Source: Bacteroidales bacterium
GTDB lineage: Bacteria > Bacteroidota > Bacteroidia > Bacteroidales > UBA932
DNA length: 64,000 bases
Direction: 5' to 3'
NCBI GenBank assembly: GCA_017428035.1
Contig: JAFRRR010000132.1
Location: 1,535 to 65,534, forward strand
Shown one piece after another: positions 17,304 through 26,490 of this stretch. Every line of letters starts with the position of its first letter. Within the stretch, counting starts at the first letter, position 1. The translations under genes were made by a program, and so were the position numbers. The notes below the pieces were generated by a model. The model saw only the letters and a list, made by a program, of their open reading frames with translations, had not been told where the DNA came from and did no database searches.

Positions 17304-19630
17304 TATTTGGTAAGGGAATAAAGATAAGCAAAATGGGGGTTACGTTTGTTCCGGGCGCTGTAACTGCGCACCTTTTCCAGAAAGGCCGCGCGATAGACTG
17401 CCACTTCGCTGGAAGCGGCAATGTCCACCGACTGCTGGCCGGGGTCGGCCCATTCCCCGAAGCAGAAGCTGTCGTTAAAGCTTTCTGCGGGCTTGGCCGG
17501 GGCGCTGCGCTTTACGGCCAGTGTCACAAGCGCACGCTGGAGACTCTTGCGCTGCGCTGTGAGTTTGCCGGAAAAGACACGGTCGTACAGGTCGTTGAAA
17601 TAGGCTTCTACATCATAGTCGGAGCCATTCTCGCTGGCTGTGGCCACTGCCACGGGGGCGGTGAATGCCAGATACTGGGCCATGCTTGCGGCTGCGCTGT
17701 GAGACTGGGAGTTGTGCAGCCCGAAGTGGCCGGTCAGCTCCGGGCAGTCCAGCCAGGCAGAGTTACACACTTGGTCCACCACCCATCTGAGGGCCTCTTT
17801 CTGCTTGCCGGCTTCGACGGGTATGCATTTCCTGCCGGTCTTGGTGCGGTAAAGCTTCACTCCGCCTATCATGGAGGCGGCGTTGGAGAGATATTTCCCG
17901 TATTGTGCGCACAGCTGCTTGTAAAGCTCCCTGCGGTGGGAATAGTCGGCGTCGTCTTCTATCCAGCCGTTGATTCTCGGGAGGATATACTTGAGGTTTT
18001 CCACTCCGTATCCGCCGGCCCTGACGGCATCATCGCCAAGGTCCTGGGTCCGGGCGCTGGGGTCATACTGGACGGCGGCCATGGCCGGCTGCTGGGGTCC
18101 GTAGCGATAGAACGGGTCGCCTTCGTGCCTGTCTATGAGCGCTTCTGCAGCGCGGGTCTCTTCCCACATATCCTTGGCCCCGGGCACGGGTTTGTAGAGC
18201 CACTCGATGGCATAGCGGTCATATTCGCCAAGTGCGGGCGGGACCAGCCGCACGCCTTTGTCCTGAGGCTGGGCTACATAGTTGAAGCGGGCGTAGTCCA
18301 TGATGGAAGCAGTGGTGCCGTGCACGGCCGTGAACGTTGCGCTGCGCAGGGAATCCACGGGTATGGCCGCGCTGGCCGCCATATTGTGCAGCAGGCCGAG
18401 CGTGTGCCCGATTTCGTGTGAAACGGCATACACAAGCGCTTCGCTGATAATTTCGTCCGGCATCTTTTTGCACCTTACGCGCTCGTCTGTCTGCGCTGTC
18501 TGCACGAAGCGCCAGTTGTTCAGCAGGCGAACCACATCGTTGAACATCAGCACGGTGGCGCTCACAATTTCGCCGGTTTCGGGATCGGCCCAGGAAGGGC
18601 CCATAGCGTTGGCTGTGGCATTCGGAACAAAGCGTATGCAGTTGAACTTGAGGTTGTCCGGGTCGAAAGACGGATCGTCCGCGGGAAAATCCCTCACCTG
18701 GAGCACGTCTTTGAGCCCGAAGGCCTCGAAGGCAGCGTTCCAGGCCAGCACGCCGTCTTTTACCGGCTGTTTCCAAACTTCAGGGAAAGAGTCGTCTATC
18801 CACCATATTATGGGGTTTTTGACGCTGACCGTCTTGCCCTGCAGCCAGGCCAGAGTGTCGGTCAGATGCAGCCGCCAGCGGTTGGCCAGGCGGTATGGCC
18901 GCAGCCCGTCGGTAGCGCTGCCCAGCTCATAGCGGTTCTCTCCGGTGGCGGAGCCGCTGTGGAAGGTGCCGATGCGGGCATCCTGCAGCCTGGGCCGCAT
19001 GCCTTCGGCCGGCAGTGCCAGCACGGACACCGTAGAGACCATACTCACAGTGGTCTTGCCACCCAGTCCGTTGGCTTCGAAACTCTGGTTGAGTTTCACC
19101 GACGCATTGTCTTCAAAAGCCTTGGGGTCGGAGAACCAGCTGGTGCCGTCTTCTGCTCCGGGCTTGAAATCATTTCCCCTCGGGGCGGCCTTGGTCACTA
19201 GAGAGGTGATGTCAAACACGATGCGGCCGTCGCTGCGCTCCAGGGGTGCCATACGCCTGAGGATGGGGGAGGCAAAGTTGCGCTCCATGGCCTTGGCATA
19301 GTCTGCCTCGCTCGAGCTTCCGGCCAGCTGGGGGCGGCGGAGCACCACCAGCGAGTCTTCCAGGGAGACGATCACGCACTGCACCGGCCCTGAGGCCATC
19401 TGCCCGATATTGGCGGCACCGGGGTCGCTTACGGCCGACACGGCACCGCCTATGAGCAGCTTGCGGCCCGCCATCTGCTCGGGCAGGCCAAGATATACTT
19501 TGTTTTTTGACGAGATATAGATTGCCATCCCGCCTTGGCATTCAGCTTTTTGTGCAATGTCGTTCTGGGCTCCTGCCGGCAAAGACAGAGCCAGCAGGAG
19601 TGCAAGAACGATTGTTGGTTTAAATCTCAT
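17303..19630 (-). CDS. Secreted zinc metalloprotease (met-zincin, large Bacteroidetes 'zinc-dependent metalloprotease' type)
   Basis: 775 aa with a signal peptide. HEIGHTLGLLHN at 18404-18418. Start abuts the stop of the upstream gene. Confidence 0.8.
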   Translation of the reverse strand: MRFKPTIVLALLLALSLPAGAQNDIAQKAECQGGMAIYISSKNKVYLGLPEQMAGRKLLIGGAVSAVSDPGAANIGQMASGPVQCVIVSLEDSLVVLRRPQLAGSSSEADYAKAMERNFASPILRRMAPLERSDGRIVFDITSLVTKAAPRGNDFKPGAEDGTSWFSDPKAFEDNASVKLNQSFEANGLGGKTTVSMVSTVSVLALPAEGMRPRLQDARIGTFHSGSATGENRYELGSATDGLRPYRLANRWRLHLTDTLAWLQGKTVSVKNPIIWWIDDSFPEVWKQPVKDGVLAWNAAFEAFGLKDVLQVRDFPADDPSFDPDNLKFNCIRFVPNATANAMGPSWADPETGEIVSATVLMFNDVVRLLNNWRFVQTAQTDERVRCKKMPDEIISEALVYAVSHEIGHTLGLLHNMAASAAIPVDSLRSATFTAVHGTTASIMDYARFNYVAQPQDKGVRLVPPALGEYDRYAIEWLYKPVPGAKDMWEETRAAEALIDRHEGDPFYRYGPQQPAMAAVQYDPSARTQDLGDDAVRAGGYGVENLKYILPRINGWIEDDADYSHRRELYKQLCAQYGKYLSNAASMIGGVKLYRTKTGRKCIPVEAGKQKEALRWVVDQVCNSAWLDCPELTGHFGLHNSQSHSAAASMAQYLAFTAPVAVATASENGSDYDVEAYFNDLYDRVFSGKLTAQRKSLQRALVTLAVKRSAPAKPAESFNDSFCFGEWADPGQQSVDIAASSEVAVYRAAFLEKVRSYSARNKRNPHFAYLYSLTK

Positions 19631-21649
19631 TTAGTCTAAGTCGCGCACACAACGGACGGGGATGGCATCCCAAAGGATGTATTCCGTGCCGTTTTTGGTG
19701 GTGTAGTTGTTGATTCGGTTTGCAGGGTATTTGTTGGTTTTTGCCGCAGTGTTGAAGCCGGGGGCAGAAGATACCGACAATTCGTAGGCATAGCCGCTGT
19801 TGGTAGTGCTCTTCTGGGGAGTCGGCTGACCTTCGTAGAAGTTTGTCCAGAATTTGACTGCATATTTGTTGCCGAAGGTCATCTGAATCTGGGTGTAGGC
19901 GCTGCTGAAAGACTGAGTGACATTGCCCTGGGCCTTGAACACCAAAGTGCTACTGCCGTCGCTGTAGCGTGCATACACTGGGCTGCCGTTGCCGCTGGAA
20001 CCTTTCACATCGGAGCCATCTTCGGTAAAGAATTCCAGGCCGGGTGCGCCGACGCTAATCAGGTTTTCAACTTCTTCTTTGGTCGGCAGGCGCCAGCCCT
20101 TCTGGCCCTCGGCGACCTTTACGTAGCTGCAGGGGTCGTTTGTGCCGGAGAAATCGATGGAACCGTTCATTGCGTGATAATTATACTCATCTCCGTCGTT
20201 GCCGCCGGCAATTGTACCTGCCACTACCTTGCCGTCCTGGACAAAGTAATAGGGAGTGTCCTGCCAGATGGCATTCTCTCCGTAGAAGCGCACTCCGCTC
20301 TGCAGCATGCCGGAATAGAACATTTCAGTGCCGTTGGCAAGGGTGGTCTTGTTCGGCAGGAAAGTGGTAGAACCGGAGAGTTTCTCGCCATTTTCATCCT
20401 TGGGCTGCAGACGCCAGGCCCAGTCGGCGTTGTCTTTGAAAAATTGATATGAAGTCGGGCAGCCGAACTTGAAGTAGAGGGCGTTGTCTTCGGGAGCACC
20501 AATCTTGTAGCCGGAGTTCTCTGCGTCATAGACCAGATAGCCCTGGGCCCATTCCACGCAGAATTTGCTGTCGGCGGCCTTGCTTACAGTGCCGTCTGTG
20601 AAGTCGAGGGTGAAAGAAGAGATGCGCGCCTTGCTGAAGCCCAGCACGGCCTGTCCGTCTCTGAGCATATCAAATTTCTTCTTGTACACGGCGCCGTCTG
20701 CGGTATAAACCACTACTTGCAGGGTCTTGAGGTTTGCCGTGCTTTCATCGACCACGAAGGTGATATCGGCCCCGTTTTCTGCGCTGTAGGCAATGCCCTC
20801 GCCGCCAGCCAGGGTCAAATCGAAGCGGGAATCGCCGCTCTCCCAGTTGCCCACTATAGGCATTTCGCCCTTGAGGCTGAAGGCATTGTTGCCGCGAAGA
20901 CCCCTCTGGGGAGTGCCTGTAGAGCTGGAGCTGGTCTGGAACTCGGTGAGGATGTTGACCTTGGTGATGGTGGCGGTTTCGGGGCCGAGACCCTTCACGG
21001 TCATCCTGGCTATGCCGGCCAGCGGATAAATCTTGAGCGGAGAGCCGTCGTGGACAATGGAAATGGTGTCCTTGCCGTCGGATACAAGCTGTTTGGCAGC
21101 GTCCGAAACCGCGATGCGGGCGGTTGTCATAGGCAGTTCGTCCGGGGTCAGAGTGCTGGAGAGCATCTGCTCGCGGTTTACCTTTACCTTAACCGTAGAA
21201 AAGTCGGGGATGGTGTCCACCTCTGTCAGTTTGGAGCTGATCCAGGTCTTTACCTCCAATGAGTCGGGGATTTCTACAGCCCCGGCAGGGTAGGTGATGA
21301 CCAGATAGTCAGAAGCCTCCTTGTCGAACACTACGGTTTTGGCATCGGAGCTTATCTTGCTGGCCGCGCCGCTGCTGACAGCCTCGCTCCAGGCCTGCTG
21401 GCCCATGGTGATGTCGTGAAAGTCAAAGGCATCGTCCGTCTCCCAGTAGATGTAGCGGCTGGGAGCCTCGTCGTCTTTGAAATACGCCTTGGTGGCGACA
21501 TCGCCCGCGGTGGCGCTGAAGCTGTAGAGTTTGCCGGCCCTGAGGGCGCTTGCATCGCTCATCTCGGTCTTTGTGCTGCAGCCTGCTGCGAGTAAAAGTG
21601 CAAGGGCCGCAATGATTGCATATTTTGTTTTCATCTTATTGTCCTCCAT
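19631..21649 (-). CDS. Lipoprotein with C-terminal FISUMP/DUF1566-like domain
   Basis: Lipobox AAGC; an alternative start MKTKY lies at 21634. GWRLPTKEEVENL at 20060-20098 and terminal IPVRCVRD are hallmarks of the Fibrobacter-major-paralogous/Lcl-like domain. Confidence 0.65.
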   Translation of the reverse strand: MEDNKMKTKYAIIAALALLLAAGCSTKTEMSDASALRAGKLYSFSATAGDVATKAYFKDDEAPSRYIYWETDDAFDFHDITMGQQAWSEAVSSGAASKISSDAKTVVFDKEASDYLVITYPAGAVEIPDSLEVKTWISSKLTEVDTIPDFSTVKVKVNREQMLSSTLTPDELPMTTARIAVSDAAKQLVSDGKDTISIVHDGSPLKIYPLAGIARMTVKGLGPETATITKVNILTEFQTSSSSTGTPQRGLRGNNAFSLKGEMPIVGNWESGDSRFDLTLAGGEGIAYSAENGADITFVVDESTANLKTLQVVVYTADGAVYKKKFDMLRDGQAVLGFSKARISSFTLDFTDGTVSKAADSKFCVEWAQGYLVYDAENSGYKIGAPEDNALYFKFGCPTSYQFFKDNADWAWRLQPKDENGEKLSGSTTFLPNKTTLANGTEMFYSGMLQSGVRFYGENAIWQDTPYYFVQDGKVVAGTIAGGNDGDEYNYHAMNGSIDFSGTNDPCSYVKVAEGQKGWRLPTKEEVENLISVGAPGLEFFTEDGSDVKGSSGNGSPVYARYSDGSSTLVFKAQGNVTQSFSSAYTQIQMTFGNKYAVKFWTNFYEGQPTPQKSTTNSGYAYELSVSSAPGFNTAAKTNKYPANRINNYTTKNGTEYILWDAIPVRCVRDLD

Positions 21650-22539
21650 TAGTTGAATTGGCCATAATCGTCTTCTTCGAACTTGCCGCCGCCGTTGTTT
21701 GCCATCACGGTCACAGTGCAGGTGGCTGTAAGGCCGGTCTCGGTGGCGGTGACAGTGATGGTAGCCGTGCCTTCTTTAAGACCGGTGACAGTTATGCTGC
21801 CGTCTTCTTCTACGCTTGCAGTGGCAATCTCTTCTGAAGAGCTGGCTGCAGAAAGGGTAGAGGCAGAAGCGTTGTCAGGCACCATAGTGGCTGTGAGGGT
21901 GACCCCGTAACCGGCATATACAGAGGCTTCTGTCTGGGAGAGGCTAAGACCGGGCACCACGATGCTCACGCTGGCTTTGATGCCGCCGTCTGTGCTGGTG
22001 GCGTTGATGGAAGTGATACCGCTGCTGACGCCCTCGACCAGGCCGCTGGCAGATACCTTGGCAATGGCTTCGTTGTCGCTGGACCAGCTAATGCTCTGGT
22101 CAAATGCATCGCTGGGGCTTACTGTGGCGGCGAGTTGGAGTTGTTCGCCGACCTTTACCATAGACTGCCCTTCGGGGCTGATGGTCACCCCGCTCACGTG
22201 GATATTATCTACAGAAACGAGGCATGAGGCGGTGAAAGAGCCATCCTCCGTGGTGACGGTGACGGTGCTGGTGCCCTTGGCCACGGCGGTGACCTTGCCG
22301 TCAGCGACGGTAGCTACGCCGGTGTTGGACGATGTCCAGCTGATGTTCTTGTTGGTGGCTGTCTCGGGAGCCACTTTTGCCGTCAGGGTCGATTCCTGGC
22401 CGACGGTCAGATTGAGCGAGGTCGGCTGTACGCTGATGCCGGTGACCGCCACGCTGGTGTCTTTGGGCCCGCAGGCGCTGGCAAAAAAGAGGCTGGCCAC
22501 GCCCAGGGCTAAAAGTGAAATACGGTTTAAATACTTCAT
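21649..22539 (-). CDS. Lipoprotein with three Big_2 (bacterial Ig-like) repeats
   Basis: Lipobox ASAC. Three repeats of the V.P..ATNK.ISWTSSN..VATV...GKVTAV.KGT type. Confidence 0.85.
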   Translation of the reverse strand: MKYLNRISLLALGVASLFFASACGPKDTSVAVTGISVQPTSLNLTVGQESTLTAKVAPETATNKNISWTSSNTGVATVADGKVTAVAKGTSTVTVTTEDGSFTASCLVSVDNIHVSGVTISPEGQSMVKVGEQLQLAATVSPSDAFDQSISWSSDNEAIAKVSASGLVEGVSSGITSINATSTDGGIKASVSIVVPGLSLSQTEASVYAGYGVTLTATMVPDNASASTLSAASSSEEIATASVEEDGSITVTGLKEGTATITVTATETGLTATCTVTVMANNGGGKFEEDDYGQFN

Positions 22540-22560
22540 AACTGATTATTGTTGATTGGA

Positions 22561-24081
22561 TTAACTGATTCTATACTTATATATCACGCTCTGGGGATTG
22601 TCGCATATCCCTTCCAGAGAGCGCTCCAGGCTGTCGTCGCTGAAGCGGTAGATGTACAGGCTGCCTTTCTTTCCGCTGCGCGACGGGTTGAAGGTGAGAA
22701 TGTAAAGCAGGTCTTCTCCGGGGTCTATGCCGTCCTTGGCGGCATAGGGGCCCATATAATTGACGCACATATCCACAATCTGCTCGCCTTCGGGCAGGCG
22801 GATGGCGGGCGAGGTGGCCGGCGGTGCCGACAGGCTCCAGCGGTAAACGGCATTCCCGAAGGAATAATACACATCGCTGGATTTTTTGGTGTTGATCATA
22901 ATCGAACTGCCGTCCATCTTCAGCTCTGAAGAAGAAAAGTCGTAGTGCCAGAGCTCATTGGAGTCAGTTTCCGTAGCCCATGTGCTGCTGCCGCCGCTCT
23001 TGGAGTAGGCGCGCTGAATGCGGTAGGAGTTTGGGTCAGACTGGCTCCGGAGCAGGACATACAGCGGATAGAGATTGGAGCTGGTGCGCGCAATGGCCAT
23101 ATTCACAATCTTGTAGCCATCCTGCGAGTAGGTCTTGACGCCGGAGGACACGGTGGTGCGGGTGGCTATCACATCCTCCGAGAAAAAGAAGGGATAGTTG
23201 CTTGTGGCGCCGGTGGCAAAGGAGCGCGTGCGGGCGTTGTATGCGTGCGTGAGGCCCTCCGGGAAATTGGAGATGTCGCTCAGGTAGCCCAGGATAAGGT
23301 CAAAACGGAATATGCGGCCGTCGCTGCCGTTGAAAAACAGGCCGAAGTCGTGCGCGCCGCCGTATTCCCCGCTGAAACCGGCGAAGCCCGTGCCCCAACC
23401 GGAGAGTTTGTCGGACATAACAAGTTCAAAAGTCTTGGGCGCAAACAGATACATTGTGCCGTCCTGGTCGGCCGTGGCGACCACCAGGCCGGCCTGCTCG
23501 GATTTCATGCTGGACACATTGTAGGAGCTCATATACAGCGCCTTCCCATTTCGCATGCCCTCTGTGGGCACCACGTTGAAAATCTCCTGGTCGCCGCGGG
23601 CCGATTCTTCTTTTGTGAGTGTCTTGACGAACACGATGGACGTGTTGCCCTCGGCGTCATTGTCCAGGATGGCCACGCCCTCGTCCAGACCGGAGTTGAC
23701 ATTGAGCCGGAAAAACTTGTAGGCCACGCTCTCGCCGTTGTCCACCCGAAGACGCAGGATATAGGAGCCGAGTTTGGTGAAGGTATGGTCTATGGTGGGG
23801 GATGTGGTTTCCAGAACGGTGCGGCTTGCAAAGCGGTGCTGCTCTACGGTGGTGTTCTTTTCCGGTTCGCCCCAGGCCCATTCGATGCTCACCGGCAGCT
23901 CGCTCTCTATGCTGATGCCCTCGTAGTGCAGCATTATGCCCAGGTCGGCATTTATGGTGTCCGACTGGGATATTATCCTGACCGGGCTGAGGGCGGGGTA
24001 GTCTTCCGGCTTGATGCCGAAGCAGGAAGCCAGCGAAAGGATCGCCGCAAGTGTAATTAATATGCCTAAAGTCTTTCTCAT
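22561..24081 (-). CDS. PKD-like family lipoprotein (PKD/Ig domain + probable beta-propeller)
   Basis: 506 aa with lipobox LASC. Position after a DUF4843-like gene matches the recurrent SusC/SusD/DUF4843/PKD-like arrangement. Confidence 0.6.
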   Translation of the reverse strand: MRKTLGILITLAAILSLASCFGIKPEDYPALSPVRIISQSDTINADLGIMLHYEGISIESELPVSIEWAWGEPEKNTTVEQHRFASRTVLETTSPTIDHTFTKLGSYILRLRVDNGESVAYKFFRLNVNSGLDEGVAILDNDAEGNTSIVFVKTLTKEESARGDQEIFNVVPTEGMRNGKALYMSSYNVSSMKSEQAGLVVATADQDGTMYLFAPKTFELVMSDKLSGWGTGFAGFSGEYGGAHDFGLFFNGSDGRIFRFDLILGYLSDISNFPEGLTHAYNARTRSFATGATSNYPFFFSEDVIATRTTVSSGVKTYSQDGYKIVNMAIARTSSNLYPLYVLLRSQSDPNSYRIQRAYSKSGGSSTWATETDSNELWHYDFSSSELKMDGSSIMINTKKSSDVYYSFGNAVYRWSLSAPPATSPAIRLPEGEQIVDMCVNYMGPYAAKDGIDPGEDLLYILTFNPSRSGKKGSLYIYRFSDDSLERSLEGICDNPQSVIYKYRIS

Positions 24082-24088
24082 AGTACGC

Positions 24089-25030
24089 TTAGTTGAAGAA
24101 TCCGTAGCCGGGGTCCATGGGGTCGGACCAGCCCGACATATTGCCCTGGTTTATAGTGCCCGGCCCCATGGGCTCCGCATTGGGGTCGTCGGGGTGCTGG
24201 GCATACCATTCCTTGTAGTAATTATAGAGCGGTACGAACACATATTTCGCCCAGGCAGAAGAATAGGCCTTGCGCCAGAAGGTGTTCATGATGTCGTTGG
24301 CGCTCTGGGCCTGCACGTCCGGGTTGGGGGTGTCCAGCAGATAGCCGTAGGCATCGGTGCAATACTCGAAAAAGGTGGGGTTGGTCTCTGCTGTCTGGTG
24401 AAAATAGTCCAAAAACCGGCGGTACTTGTCGGGATAAAAGCGGCCCAGGTCCCAGTGCCAGCCGATAGGGCCGCCGGAGGCACGCCACCAAGAGGGGCAG
24501 GCCGGCTCGCCGTCGGTAACATAGATGCAGAAATCCGGGGTTAAGATTTCTCTTTCCCTGGTGCTGTCGGGTGCGGCTGCCAGAAAATTGCTGTCGTCGC
24601 GGAGCCTCAGGGCCACTTTGAAAAGCTTGCCTTCCAGCATTTCGGGCTGCCTGTGCAGCGTGATTTCCAAAGGAGCCTGCACCGCCCCGGCAGGCATGAC
24701 GCACTCACCCAGAGTGAAATCGATATCGGGACGGGCAGTGACCACAGGGTAGCTGACGCCGCCGGTTTCCTGGGCTTCGCCTTCTTCGGCAGGCAGGTAT
24801 TCCACAGAAAAACTTCTGGGCTGGTCGGAAGGCATACCCATAAGATATACTGTGGTGGAAATCAAAATCTCGTCTTCCGGAATCAGGGCGAAAGAAGATA
24901 TTCGCGTCTGCTTTGAATCCAAAAAGTAAATGTGGTCCTGCTGGTCAAGGTCATACATAAGCCAGGTGCCTTTGCAGGCAGTCGCGCACAGCACTGTCAG
25001 GGCCAGGGCCGTAAGTATTCTTGCTTTCAT
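24089..25030 (-). CDS. DUF4843-like lipoprotein
   Basis: 313 aa with lipobox ATAC. N-terminal beta-sandwich-like pattern (HIYFLDS...SFSVEYLP...DIDFTL...LEITLHR). Lies immediately after SusD. Confidence 0.6.
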   Translation of the reverse strand: MKARILTALALTVLCATACKGTWLMYDLDQQDHIYFLDSKQTRISSFALIPEDEILISTTVYLMGMPSDQPRSFSVEYLPAEEGEAQETGGVSYPVVTARPDIDFTLGECVMPAGAVQAPLEITLHRQPEMLEGKLFKVALRLRDDSNFLAAAPDSTREREILTPDFCIYVTDGEPACPSWWRASGGPIGWHWDLGRFYPDKYRRFLDYFHQTAETNPTFFEYCTDAYGYLLDTPNPDVQAQSANDIMNTFWRKAYSSAWAKYVFVPLYNYYKEWYAQHPDDPNAEPMGPGTINQGNMSGWSDPMDPGYGFFN

Positions 25031-25035
25031 AATAC

Positions 25036-26478
25036 TCAGATCTCCATATTGTTGCGCGCCTCGAATTCGGCGTCGGGAATGGGTAGCATATAGGTGGAGG
25101 GCAGATTGCCGGGCAGGATGTCTCCGCGCACCGTGCTTATGTCCGCCGCCCGGCGTTTCATGTCAAACCAGGTCACGCCTTCGCCATAGAATTCGCGCCG
25201 CCGCTCGGCAAAGAGAGCTTCCTCGGTAAATTCTGCCGGCGAAATCGCTGCCCGCCCGCGGGTTGCTGTCACGGCATTGAAATAATCGACGCCTATGGAC
25301 GGATTGTCCAGATATGCCTCGGCCATAATAAAATACATCTCGGGCAGGCGGATGATATTGGCACCCAGAATCGAACTGCCTGTATAGGACGAAGAGCCAC
25401 CCTCATAATAGATGGCGTTGACCAGTTTGCGCAGCGTCTGGTCGCCGTCGTTGAACCAGGCGGACAGACGGAAGTCGGCCGTGGAGGCGTCACCCTTCTG
25501 GGCGTAGAGTTCGCGGTAGTCGGCAGGAAGGATGAAAGGGTTGCTGACATTGCCGCTCAGGGCGTATTTGCTGGCGTTCTGCTGCTGATATTTCTTGCCG
25601 TAGAGCCCGAAAATGGTCTCGCTCAGATCCAGGGTGCCGTTGTCGGGCTGTACGAAGGCGCTGCGGCTGCGGAAGTTGAATTTGCCGCAGTCAATGACCT
25701 TCTGAGCATATATTGCGGCATTTGTCATATCCTGGTTATACCAGTACACCCGCGCAATCAGGGCCTGTACTGCATAGAGATTCAGGTGGGTGATGCGGGC
25801 GCCGGTAAAGCCTGGGGCGGAATTGTCCCTTTCGGCGGGGAGCAACTGCGCATCTTCTGCCAGCAGCTTCTCTGCCTGCATAAGGTCGGCCAGGATCTTG
25901 GATATTACCTCGTCGTAGCTGTAGAACGGAGTCACGTCGAAGGTGTAGCGCTCCACATAGGGTATGGCCTGGGCCTTGGTCTGGGCGTCGGCCCAGGACG
26001 GCGGGCCAAAGAGGCGCAGCAGGTCAAAGTGCATCATCGCCCTCAGCGCCAGAGCCTCACCCCAGTACAGATTTCCGTGTCTGAAGCCGGCCGTGCCGCC
26101 CTGCTCTGCATGCTGGACAATGTTGTTTATGTTGTTGATGGCAGTATAGGCCTTGGACCATATCCCCTCACGGATACTGGTAGGGCCCTGGTCGTACCAG
26201 CGGCCCAGCTGCATATAGCCGAACTGATAGTCTCTGCTCGAAGAGCCTGAAATGACGTTCTGGCTGCAGGCTTCTGCCACCCACCATATATGTGCTCCGT
26301 AGAGGTTCTGGGTCTCCGCCAGATAGTTGTATATGCCATAGAGGGCGTCTTCGTAGCCTTCTGCGGTAGAGAACATATCTGCGTCAAAGACTTCGCCCTT
26401 GGGGTTTACGTCCAGGAATTTGGAGCATCCGCACAGCAAGATTGCGGCCGCAGCCGCCATATATATCATTCTTTTCAT
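25036..26478 (-). CDS. SusD/RagB-family nutrient-binding lipoprotein
   Basis: 480 aa with lipobox LCGC. SusD-like motifs (ALIARVYWY, YFIMAEAYL, RRREFYGEGVTWFDMKR). Confidence 0.9.
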   Translation of the reverse strand: MKRMIYMAAAAAILLCGCSKFLDVNPKGEVFDADMFSTAEGYEDALYGIYNYLAETQNLYGAHIWWVAEACSQNVISGSSSRDYQFGYMQLGRWYDQGPTSIREGIWSKAYTAINNINNIVQHAEQGGTAGFRHGNLYWGEALALRAMMHFDLLRLFGPPSWADAQTKAQAIPYVERYTFDVTPFYSYDEVISKILADLMQAEKLLAEDAQLLPAERDNSAPGFTGARITHLNLYAVQALIARVYWYNQDMTNAAIYAQKVIDCGKFNFRSRSAFVQPDNGTLDLSETIFGLYGKKYQQQNASKYALSGNVSNPFILPADYRELYAQKGDASTADFRLSAWFNDGDQTLRKLVNAIYYEGGSSSYTGSSILGANIIRLPEMYFIMAEAYLDNPSIGVDYFNAVTATRGRAAISPAEFTEEALFAERRREFYGEGVTWFDMKRRAADISTVRGDILPGNLPSTYMLPIPDAEFEARNNMEI

Positions 26479-26490
26479 TGTTTCTGCTCT

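Noticed and set aside
17282-18421. 379-aa plus ORF; also the similar long plus-strand ORFs 22945..24060, 28402..29475 and 34609..35889
   Set aside because: All are antisense to minus-strand genes with signal peptides or family motifs, and all have shadow-ORF composition (Gly/Ala/Val/His/Arg).
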